DNA from: a virus
Virus record (IMG/VR): IMGVR_UViG_3300020468_000005
Span: 24,573 to 88,572 of that record
Length of the DNA: 64,000 bases
Strand: one strand, 5' to 3'
Shown: in pieces, positions 57,001 to 64,000 of the stretch
How the letters are laid out: each line of letters begins with the position of its first letter
Numbering within the stretch: position 1 is the first letter of the stretch
Program-made: the position numbers and the translations under genes
Notes under the pieces: model-generated
Seen by the model: only the letters and a program-made list of their open reading frames with translations
The model's database searches: none
What the model was told of the DNA's origin: nothing

Positions 57001-59508
57001 TCATATTCCTTCACCACAACTGGAACTGGTGTTTTAGTTAACATCACACAACAACCAAGTGCTGCAAGTGTTGAAGCAGGTTCTGGTAATACTGCTACCT
57101 TCGGACCTGTAGCAGGTATTAGTTCTGATGGATCTACAATTATATTCCGATGGGAGTTCTCAAGTAATGGTGGTGTAGGTTGGTCTAGTGTTGTTGATGG
57201 TGGTGGATATAGTGGATCAAGTACAAATACACTTACCGTAGATGACGATTTTGCCAAGAACACTTATCAGTATCGTTGTAAGATGGAAACTAATACTTCG
57301 GTACAACCATCTTATACAAATGCAGCTACGTTAACAGTATTCAGAGTCATTACTATAAGCAATCAACCAACTGATCAGAATCCAATGGCACCCGCAGCTG
57401 CTACATTTACAGTTGCTGCATCAACATTAGATACTGCTACAATCGCATATCAATGGGAAAAATCTGAAAATAATGATGGTATCAACTACGCAACTATAGG
57501 TGGTGCAACAGGAGCAAGTTATGTTACTGCTGCTACAACATATGATGCTGATTACGGAGATTATTATAGATGTGTTCTCTCAGCTCAAGGTGCATCTAAT
57601 GTAACAACTACCTCTGCCAGAAATTTAGTTCAAAGAACTATAAACATTACATCACAACCAACTAATGATACTGGTGCTGTTGGTGGGACAAGATCATTTG
57701 GTGTTGCTGCTACTACATCAGATTCTGATCCTGGCGACATCACATTCCAGTGGCAAGTATCTATCACTAACGGAGCGTCTTGGTCTAATGTATCTGAAGG
57801 AACTGGTGGAACTACAGCTACATATACAACTCCTACATTAACTACAACATATGATGAGTATCAATATCGTTGTTTACTTTCAGCACCTGGTGCAACAACT
57901 ATACCTTCTAATGCTGCTACATTACAAGTAGAAACAGTAACTGTTGTTGTTACAAACCAACCAACTCCTCAGAGTGTAAACGAAAATTCTACTGCAACAT
58001 TTACTACACTTGGTGATACTACAATGTCACCTGTAGGTGGTAACGCTGCATCTTCTTCATTTGATACAGAACAATTTGATACACCAACTGGCGGTGGTGG
58101 AGGAGGATTTGAAGGGCAATCATCCCATGAACCTAATGTTACATACCAATGGGAAAAATCTGATAACGCAGGTGCTAACTGGAATCCAATTGGAGGTGCT
58201 ACTAGTGCATCATATACAACTGCAGCTACAGTATATGCTACTGATCATGATGACCAGTATCGTTGTGTTATTAGTGCAGTCGGTGCAGCATCTGATACAA
58301 CAACAAATGCTGTTACACTAACAGTCTTAAGAACATTTTCTATTACAGCACAACCTTCTAACCCAACTGCAAATGAAGGTGCTACTGCATCATTCTCTGT
58401 TAGTACATCTTCTAGTAGTGGAACTCCAACATACCAGTGGGAAAGATCTGATGATAATGGATCTAACTACTCTCCTGTTGGTGGAGCAACAAATGCAGCA
58501 TACACTACACCAACATTAGTACATGCTAATGATGACGATGATCGTTATCGTTGCGTAGTATCTCTTGTTGGATCTGCTGCTGACATAACTTCTGATCATG
58601 GACTATTGACTGTTCTAAGAGTTATTTCTATTAGTCAACAACCAGTAGATACATCTGTAATTGAAGGGCAGACCGCAACCTTTAGTATTACTGCTGCGAT
58701 CACTAGTGATTCTATAGCATATCAATGGCAGAAATCTACAGACAGTGGTGGTAATTGGACTAATATCAATGGTGCAAACGCAGCATCATACACTACACCT
58801 GCAACAACATTCCCAACAAGTCCATCAGAACAGTTCCGTTGTGTTTTATCTAACGCAGAAGCAACCACTGTAACTTCTAATTCTATAACTTTAACTGTTA
58901 ATGAATCTGAATTTGTATCTGGTCCTACTACAGTAACACCATTTGTTGATCCAGACACTACCAAAACATTATCGAGAAGACCAGTTATTACTACTTCTGC
59001 ATTCGTTTCTGAATATGCAGGATCAACTCATGCTTCTACATTCTGGAGAATTAGAAGAGTAAGTGATAACGTAACTGTATATGATACTGCAGGTACATAT
59101 GCTAATGGTGATACAGGTAACTTAACCTCATTTACTGTGCCATCTGCTGTTCTAGATTTTGACACTACCTATCAGGTACAGGTTAAATTTAGAGATAATG
59201 CTAACTTGGAAAGTGCTTATACATCTGCGGTTAATTTCACAACACCATTTGTAGATCAACCAGATATCCAAACAATAGTACCAGCATTTAACCCAACAAT
59301 TAATGTTGATCCTATTGCACTGAAGACTGGTTATCAGCATACCTCTAGTGATTGGCAGTTTGCTGCAACAACAGCTTTCTCACCTCCTGTTCACCAATCA
59401 CTTGGTAACCCAACTAACTTAACACAGTATTCTTTACCTGTTAACGTTACTTTGAACGCAAACACTACATATTATGTAAGAATTAGATTCAACGTTAATC
59501 CTACCTAA
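54019..59508 (+). CDS. Multi-domain S8 (subtilisin-like) serine protease with cupredoxin-like and tandem Ig-like domains (1829 aa)
   Basis: Catalytic Asp (YVIDTG, 54841), His (DNGHGT, 55021), oxyanion Asn (SAGN) and Ser (NGTSFSCP, about 55675); FSNYG and APG motifs; six Ig-like repeats (QP...YQW...YRC); two HP..CxxHxxM modules. Confidence 0.9.
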   Translation: MKRVVVRVSDNYSIDSAAAAILKLYGYLTFVESFRSFSIITFDCPEKYSSGLLDKLNALGPIKKCTWDGEKFEVAPVDTGATLSVDNSSSLEINTSGESNTTANTRNLVTSGSGTIYVKVQNIGGQNLYVFSSSISGTYSVFANQTGFVQGGTYTFDQSDSSNATHPLRFSTTPDGIHITGGSEMTTGVSTTGTPGTNGTTVLTVSSATPSILYFYCVAHPGMGRYQVSPINRYGTVNIHDYWHLDRITKQDRQYLNGQYSYTQAGDGVDIYVIDTGVRGASRPTGNNAALHPELYDPDFVSDLNGTSEQQNYRVFQLSHYAGAYGTNNEDDNGHGTYCAILSAGRTAGVAKDAKIYALKAFSSSNQGSYTAILGAYQAVIDHNDNTSGDYKNNTRPAIINASFGPTIPSEGYPYVELNDAGSDSGVDEEMLDDIEGTISSSYNILVVRSAGNGFKNASDQFVGPMQTKAIAGSRTAGYADNTDGGINNVDADQKKICVGASEYNDRWADFSNYGAGVTTVAPGARILSPAYDWTANTPYTSPSNYNTINGTSFSCPIVVGIMACYFSKNGYTSNTNNLAGTSKVYHRIYAAAGNLTVLGTNNYPTNSIEDKKLIDNPYETSNGSNQLLVKFNPSDSAHFIGNVGKKCQLRTTGSTAGAGGATPTAFNVTTTSPSFSYYTLNGTDRNGAVSGNNAGVAVYVGDTINFNLSGVSGSHPFYIKTVQGTGTGNQVSTPAATGQGSTGTTTVSWTPNTAGTYYYQCSAHNAMNGTITVSNAPGSGTGVTVGGINVSELSQSGWLTIQAENAVDNTITLFASSNATGSTTGGGSNNYLALIKSEDLLHESYDGVVSTSTTLRSQTDTQEAAGTGTYTDVIYYPVDSGVDFNYSLSTQSLTSKRGAFFPYIDTNVTWTTSSGSIATYSNGDSVNIDLGLDGTTFASEPTFEFYTLSGDSIGSSGLSLDQSTGILSGTVTADYIDTTFNFTITENITANARSYSFTTTGTGVLVNITQQPSAASVEAGSGNTATFGPVAGISSDGSTIIFRWEFSSNGGVGWSSVVDGGGYSGSSTNTLTVDDDFAKNTYQYRCKMETNTSVQPSYTNAATLTVFRVITISNQPTDQNPMAPAAATFTVAASTLDTATIAYQWEKSENNDGINYATIGGATGASYVTAATTYDADYGDYYRCVLSAQGASNVTTTSARNLVQRTINITSQPTNDTGAVGGTRSFGVAATTSDSDPGDITFQWQVSITNGASWSNVSEGTGGTTATYTTPTLTTTYDEYQYRCLLSAPGATTIPSNAATLQVETVTVVVTNQPTPQSVNENSTATFTTLGDTTMSPVGGNAASSSFDTEQFDTPTGGGGGGFEGQSSHEPNVTYQWEKSDNAGANWNPIGGATSASYTTAATVYATDHDDQYRCVISAVGAASDTTTNAVTLTVLRTFSITAQPSNPTANEGATASFSVSTSSSSGTPTYQWERSDDNGSNYSPVGGATNAAYTTPTLVHANDDDDRYRCVVSLVGSAADITSDHGLLTVLRVISISQQPVDTSVIEGQTATFSITAAITSDSIAYQWQKSTDSGGNWTNINGANAASYTTPATTFPTSPSEQFRCVLSNAEATTVTSNSITLTVNESEFVSGPTTVTPFVDPDTTKTLSRRPVITTSAFVSEYAGSTHASTFWRIRRVSDNVTVYDTAGTYANGDTGNLTSFTVPSAVLDFDTTYQVQVKFRDNANLESAYTSAVNFTTPFVDQPDIQTIVPAFNPTINVDPIALKTGYQHTSSDWQFAATTAFSPPVHQSLGNPTNLTQYSLPVNVTLNANTTYYVRIRFNVNPT

Positions 59509-59509
59509 C

Positions 59510-60325
59510 ATGTCAATCCCATCAACCAGACAGGGACTTATAGATTATGCACTACGTCAAAATGGTGCTCCCGTCCTAGAAATAAACATAGAAGATGATC
59601 AGATAAGTGATATAGTAGATGATGCTGTCCAGTTTTATAATGAGAGACATATGGATGGATACATCAGAACTCATTTAAAAGTGAAGTTTACTCAGGATAT
59701 GATTGATGCCATGACAACTGATAATACTACGCAAGTAACAGGTGCAACATCATCAGCATTGGCAGTTGATTGGTTTGAACAAAACAACTATCTTAAAGTT
59801 CCTGAGCATGTTACTAGTGTTATAAAGGTATTTGATTTTGTATCCAAGAATGTTACAAACTTATTTGACGTTAGGTATCAGTGGAGATTGAATGACCTTT
59901 GGGATCTTACACAGACAGAGATCCTTACATATGAAATGGTCAATAGAAGATTAGAAGATATCTACTATCTGTTGGAAGGACAGAAACAAACTAGATTCCA
60001 AGTAAGAGGTGATAGGTTATATCTAGATTTAGATTTTAAAACTGATGTTAAGGAAAATGATTTCTTAGTTATTGAATGCTATCGTGCAATAGATCCTAGT
60101 ACTACAACTGCTGTATATAATGACTTGTGGTTAAAGAGATATGTGACTGCATTGATACAGAGACAGTGGGGTGCTAATTTAATTAAGTTCCAAGGAGCAC
60201 AGTTGCCAGGTGGAATTACAATGAACGGTGAGTTTATATACAACGAAGGTAAGGCAAAGGTAGAGAAATTAGAAGAGGAAATGCTTACTCAGTATGAGAC
60301 ACCTCCACTTGACATGATCGGATAA
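59510..60325 (+). CDS. gp13: Neck protein gp13
   Basis: LIDYALRQNGAPVLEINIEDDQI...WLKRYVTALI.RQWG.NL.KF.G.QLPGGITMNG; synteny with gp14-gp16. Confidence 0.93.
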   Translation: MSIPSTRQGLIDYALRQNGAPVLEINIEDDQISDIVDDAVQFYNERHMDGYIRTHLKVKFTQDMIDAMTTDNTTQVTGATSSALAVDWFEQNNYLKVPEHVTSVIKVFDFVSKNVTNLFDVRYQWRLNDLWDLTQTEILTYEMVNRRLEDIYYLLEGQKQTRFQVRGDRLYLDLDFKTDVKENDFLVIECYRAIDPSTTTAVYNDLWLKRYVTALIQRQWGANLIKFQGAQLPGGITMNGEFIYNEGKAKVEKLEEEMLTQYETPPLDMIG

Positions 60326-61662
60326 TGGCAAGAACCACTTACTTTACACATGGCACTAGGAACGAACAGTTCTTACAGCAGAATCTAGTAGAAGAATATC
60401 TCAAGATGTTTGGGATGGATGTTCTCTACTGCCCTAGAGAGATCATGCAAACTGATGGTGTGTTTAATGAAGAGGTGATTGGTGAGTTTAATGATGCATA
60501 TATTATAGAAGCATATCTAGAAAATTTTGAAGGGTTCCAAGGTGGTGGAGATCTATTAACAAAGTTTGGTGTAGCACAGACTGATGAGATAACTATGATT
60601 ATATCTCAGCAAAGATTTTCAGATCTTATATCACAATTCCTTTTACTTGACCCAGATTACAAAGCACCTGAGAGACCACAAGAAGGAGATCTGATATATT
60701 TTCCATTAACAAGTAATTACTTTGAGATAAAATTTGTAGAGCATGAAGAACCATATTACCAATTAGGTAAAGGTTACGTATACAAACTCAAGGCAGAACT
60801 ATTCGAGTACAGTGACGAGCAAGGAGATCTATTTGATAGTGATGAGGATCTAGTAGATTACGGTTATACTGTTAAGCACTACTATCTTCCTGTCAATGGA
60901 ATCACTGCAGCAGCTACCGCAACTGTATCAAGTGGATCTATTGATCAAATCTTTATAAGCACTAATGGATCTAAGTATAATGAAACACCTACAGTTACAA
61001 TATCTGGTGATGGGCAAGATGCAACTGCAGAAGCATTCTTAGTAAACATAACTCTAAGTGGTGGTTCTCCAGTATCATCTGCAGTCATACGAGGAGTTGT
61101 AAAAGAAGGTGAGATTAGAGATGTACAAATAGTTGATGGTGGTAGTGGATATGATGAAGATAGGGTATCAGTTGTTGTTAGTGCTCCTGACAATCCTGGT
61201 AGAATGGCACAACTAACTCCTACTTTTACCAATGGAACATTGACTGCTCTTAATATAGTCAATGGTGGTTCTGGATATAGGAGCGTTAAGTTAGTTGATA
61301 TTACAAATGCTGGTACTGGATATACATCTGCAACTGTAGGTTTCACATCTGCCCCTGTAGGTATTTCAGGATCATTTACTGTACCTGAAACAGTCACTGG
61401 TAGTACTAGTGGTACTACTGCAAACCTTGTAGAGTGGGATGCAGGTGAAGCTTGGGTCAAACTTAAATCACCTACTGGATCATTTATAATAGGTGAATCT
61501 ATAGTAGGATCAGAGTCTGGAGCTACAATTGTGCTAGATAGTAGGGATGAGCAAGCAACTGCTGACCCTAAATACTCTGAAAGTGTCACCTTTGAGAGTT
61601 TTGGAGATGACATTCTTGACTTCAGTGAAGGCAACCCATTTGGAATAGCAGGTAACTTATAA
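60325..61662 (+). CDS. gp14: Neck protein gp14, with internal GxGY-repeat expansion
   Basis: EQ.L.Q.LVEE...FG.DV.Y.PRE, FQGGGDLLTKFG, RPQEGDLIYFP, FEIKFVEHEEP.YQLG and terminal DFSEGNPFG. Confidence 0.93.
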   Translation: MARTTYFTHGTRNEQFLQQNLVEEYLKMFGMDVLYCPREIMQTDGVFNEEVIGEFNDAYIIEAYLENFEGFQGGGDLLTKFGVAQTDEITMIISQQRFSDLISQFLLLDPDYKAPERPQEGDLIYFPLTSNYFEIKFVEHEEPYYQLGKGYVYKLKAELFEYSDEQGDLFDSDEDLVDYGYTVKHYYLPVNGITAAATATVSSGSIDQIFISTNGSKYNETPTVTISGDGQDATAEAFLVNITLSGGSPVSSAVIRGVVKEGEIRDVQIVDGGSGYDEDRVSVVVSAPDNPGRMAQLTPTFTNGTLTALNIVNGGSGYRSVKLVDITNAGTGYTSATVGFTSAPVGISGSFTVPETVTGSTSGTTANLVEWDAGEAWVKLKSPTGSFIIGESIVGSESGATIVLDSRDEQATADPKYSESVTFESFGDDILDFSEGNPFGIAGNL

Positions 61663-62666
61663 TGTTAGGTGCATACACATACAACAAGATTATTAGAAAG
61701 TGCGTCATAGGATTTGGAACACTCTTCAATAATATAGAATGTAGAAAAGAAAACAAAGACGGATCAATTTATAGTAGGATGAAAGTTCCTCTAGCATACG
61801 GTCCTCGACAGAAATTTTTAGCAAGACTAGAACAACAGGCAGATCTTAACCAGAAGGTTGCGATCACAGTTCCCCGTTTATCTTTTGAGATGACGGGTAT
61901 TTCATATGATAGTGCTAGGAAACTTGCTCCAACAACATTAACTGTAAAAGCAAAAGATGCTACTAGTGTGAATAAACAATTTACACCAGTTCCCTATAAT
62001 ATTGATTTTGAACTTAATGTTATATCAAAAACTAATGATGAAGCGTTAGAAATATTAGAACAGATTCTACCAGTCTTTCAACCTTCTTATCAAATTACAA
62101 TCAAGATGGTTGATGATATGAATGACTATAGAGATCTTCCAATAATTCTTAATAGTATTAACTATAGTGATGACTATGAAGGAACTTTTGATGATAAGAA
62201 AATTACTTTAGTGAGTCTCAGTTTTACTGTAAAAGCATACATCTTCGGACCTGTAGGAACTCAAGGACCTATCAAGAAAGCAAAAGCAGATATCTATACT
62301 ACTATGCCTTCTGCTACAGCTACCAGACAAGTTGCTTATACTGTGGAACCAAGAGCACTTACGGACAAAAATAAGGATGGAACTGCAGAACTTTCAGGTG
62401 CTATTACTGCAAGAAACCTTGTAATAGAGTTAGTAGACTACAGCAATATTCCTACCCAATCTTATATTGAAGTTGGAAATGAAGTGATGTATGTTAAAGC
62501 TAAGACTTCTCCAAACAAATTACAGGTTCGTAGAGCACAGAATGGAACCACAGCAGCTGCAGCTGCTTCTGGTACTCCAATAGATCTAGTTGATGCAACA
62601 GATGATGCATTACTAACTGGTGATGATGACTTTGGATTTAGCGAGACAATATCTTATTATGAATAA
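61662..62666 (+). CDS. gp15: Tail sheath stabiliser / tail completion protein gp15
   Basis: IRK.VI.FGTLFNNI, KVPLAYGP.QKFL.RL, PRLSFE, PVPYNI.FEL and QILP.FQP. Confidence 0.93.
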   Translation: MLGAYTYNKIIRKCVIGFGTLFNNIECRKENKDGSIYSRMKVPLAYGPRQKFLARLEQQADLNQKVAITVPRLSFEMTGISYDSARKLAPTTLTVKAKDATSVNKQFTPVPYNIDFELNVISKTNDEALEILEQILPVFQPSYQITIKMVDDMNDYRDLPIILNSINYSDDYEGTFDDKKITLVSLSFTVKAYIFGPVGTQGPIKKAKADIYTTMPSATATRQVAYTVEPRALTDKNKDGTAELSGAITARNLVIELVDYSNIPTQSYIEVGNEVMYVKAKTSPNKLQVRRAQNGTTAAAAASGTPIDLVDATDDALLTGDDDFGFSETISYYE

Positions 62667-63084
62667 CGAAGACATGTCAGGATTAGATAAAGCGTTCGAG
62701 ACTGTGGAAGCAGTCTCAGCGGAGGTGACTCCTGAGAAACCACAACCTGTAAAAAAGGTAGAAGGAAAAGACGAGGTACAAGACGACTATGAATATGCAC
62801 GAGGAAACCTTTATGCCTTGGTGGATAAAGGACAAGAAGCTGTCAACGGTGCTCTTGATTTGGCTATGTCTTCTGATCACCCTAGAGCATACGAAGTTGC
62901 TGGACAACTCATCAAACACGTAGGTGATGTAGCAGACAAACTGATGGCACTACAGAAAGACAAGAAAAATGTCAAAGAAGAGAGTGCTAAGAAAGTGGTA
63001 ACTAACAACTCATTATTTGTTGGTAGCACTGCTGATCTTCAAAAGATGCTAAAGAATGCATCTAAAAAATCAAAGGATAAATAG
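62659..63084 (+). CDS. gp16: Terminase small subunit gp16
   Basis: DDYEYARGNLY.L..KGQEA, SDHPRAYEVAGQLIK and NNSLFVGSTADLQKML. Probable start is the ATG at 62659 (MNNEDMS), overlapping the gp15 stop, rather than 62620. Confidence 0.93.
   Translation: MNNEDMSGLDKAFETVEAVSAEVTPEKPQPVKKVEGKDEVQDDYEYARGNLYALVDKGQEAVNGALDLAMSSDHPRAYEVAGQLIKHVGDVADKLMALQKDKKNVKEESAKKVVTNNSLFVGSTADLQKMLKNASKKSKDK
63077..63083 (+). promoter_or_regulatory. Late-promoter-like ATAAATA
   Basis: TAAATA core overlapping the gp16 stop, 5 nt before the ATG at 63089. Confidence 0.55.
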
Positions 63085-63088
63085 TCAC

Positions 63089-63349
63089 ATGGCATACCAA
63101 AGAAACGACGAAAACTGCGACCCCGTAAGTCCTCAACCAGGCAAGACTACAGTACAGCAGTTCTCAAATCCTTATGACGGTTGGAGTACAGTAACGTACG
63201 AAAACTTCAACGCTGACTATCAAGCTCGCAATACTGATAATACTGCGAGAACACCTGGTACATACCAAGCAAGGAATACTAACAATACTGCTAGGACTCC
63301 TGCATCGTATCAGCGTCACGATGAAAATTGCGACGCAGTATCAGGATGA
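63089..63349 (+). CDS. Small repeat-containing protein (86 aa)
   Basis: ATG at 63089 (MAYQRNDENC...); internal 15-aa tandem repeat and matching termini; ATGA overlap with the next ORF. Confidence 0.7.
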   Translation: MAYQRNDENCDPVSPQPGKTTVQQFSNPYDGWSTVTYENFNADYQARNTDNTARTPGTYQARNTNNTARTPASYQRHDENCDAVSG

Positions 63350-64000
63350 CTACTAGAATCCCTACAATGTATGGAAGGTACTATGTTCTTACTCTCGTAT
63401 GGAGAGGTAGAGAATATACTATCACTGTGTTTAGATCTAAGTTACAAAAACTTCAGAGACCACAAGCACAGAAGATAGCAGACAAGGTATATCCTGGCAG
63501 TAGGGTTATTAAGTATCATGAGTCTGATCCTACAGATTCCCCTGTTGTATTATCAACTGAAGGTTATAGACCTAAAGGATATAAGAAAAAGAAAAAAGAA
63601 CCAAGTAAAGCTGGTTCAGAAGAATTAGCAACTCCATCAACAGATACTGGAACTGCATCAATGGGTGCATTCAATAGTTATGGAGAAGAAACTAAATGTG
63701 GTAAGGGAGAATACTTCTGTAATGATGATCAGAAATGTAAACCTATTCCAAAGGGTCATCATGTTATGCCAGATGGTATGCTCATGAAAGGTGAGACTCA
63801 TAAAGAGCAGATAACATCATACAATCAATTAGATAAGAAAAAAAATTGTGGTTGTGGTCAAACTCCATGTATAACATATGGTAAGAAAGATTTAACTAAA
63901 GAAGGTGCTGCATGGACAAAGAAGTCTGGTAAGAATAAAGAAGGTGGTTTAAATGAGAAAGGGAGAAAGTCTTATGAGAGAGACAATCCTGGTTCTGACT
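63346..64000 (+). CDS. Conserved cyanophage hypothetical protein (DUF6321-like segment), 3'-truncated; absent from the ORF track
   Basis: Translated by hand: MTTRIPTMYGRYYVLTLVWRG...KVYPGSRV...CGKGEYFCNDDQKCKPIP...CGCGQTPC...EGAAWTKKSGKNKEGGLNEKGRKSYERDNPGSD, open to the window end. Confidence 0.8.
   Translation, partial: MTTRIPTMYGRYYVLTLVWRGREYTITVFRSKLQKLQRPQAQKIADKVYPGSRVIKYHESDPTDSPVVLSTEGYRPKGYKKKKKEPSKAGSEELATPSTDTGTASMGAFNSYGEETKCGKGEYFCNDDQKCKPIPKGHHVMPDGMLMKGETHKEQITSYNQLDKKKNCGCGQTPCITYGKKDLTKEGAAWTKKSGKNKEGGLNEKGRKSYERDNPGSD

Noticed and set aside
60945-61634. 229-aa antisense ORF inside gp14, and the other minus-strand and short nested ORFs in the track
   Set aside because: They are shadows of the codon bias of long, clearly genuine + strand genes and show no recognisable motifs.
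62620-62658. Track-assigned upstream starts for gp16 (62620) and the next ORF (63056)
   Set aside because: Both extend deep into the upstream genes; the ATGs at 62659 and 63089 fit coupling and promoter positions better.

Overview
A dense, AT-rich block of virion structural genes, all on the + strand, from a T4-like myovirus that is most likely a marine cyanophage (Kyanoviridae-like, judged from gene order, giant gp7 and the VrlC-like protein). Order: gp6 (3' part), giant gp7 (4517 aa), gp8, VrlC/DUF4815-like protein, small structural genes, three fibre-like proteins (561, 2414 and 4195 aa), an accessory island (about 45.7-59.5 kb), then gp13, gp14, gp15, gp16 and two downstream ORFs. T4-type late promoter motifs (TATAAATA / NTAAATA) precede several genes. 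Two things stand out. First, the accessory island holds three small adhesin-like proteins, a fibre-chaperone-like protein, a coiled-coil protein, a U32-family Fe-S enzyme fused to a SAM methyltransferase, a class III aminotransferase, and a subtilisin carrying cupredoxin-like and Ig-like domains. Second, gp7 and the 4195-aa fibre have a recursive 'Russian doll' architecture: Cys/YPRxxDP modules and helical modules are inserted inside one another, with balanced opening and closing segments and a circular permutation. All family assignments come from motif recognition by eye; no database search was run.
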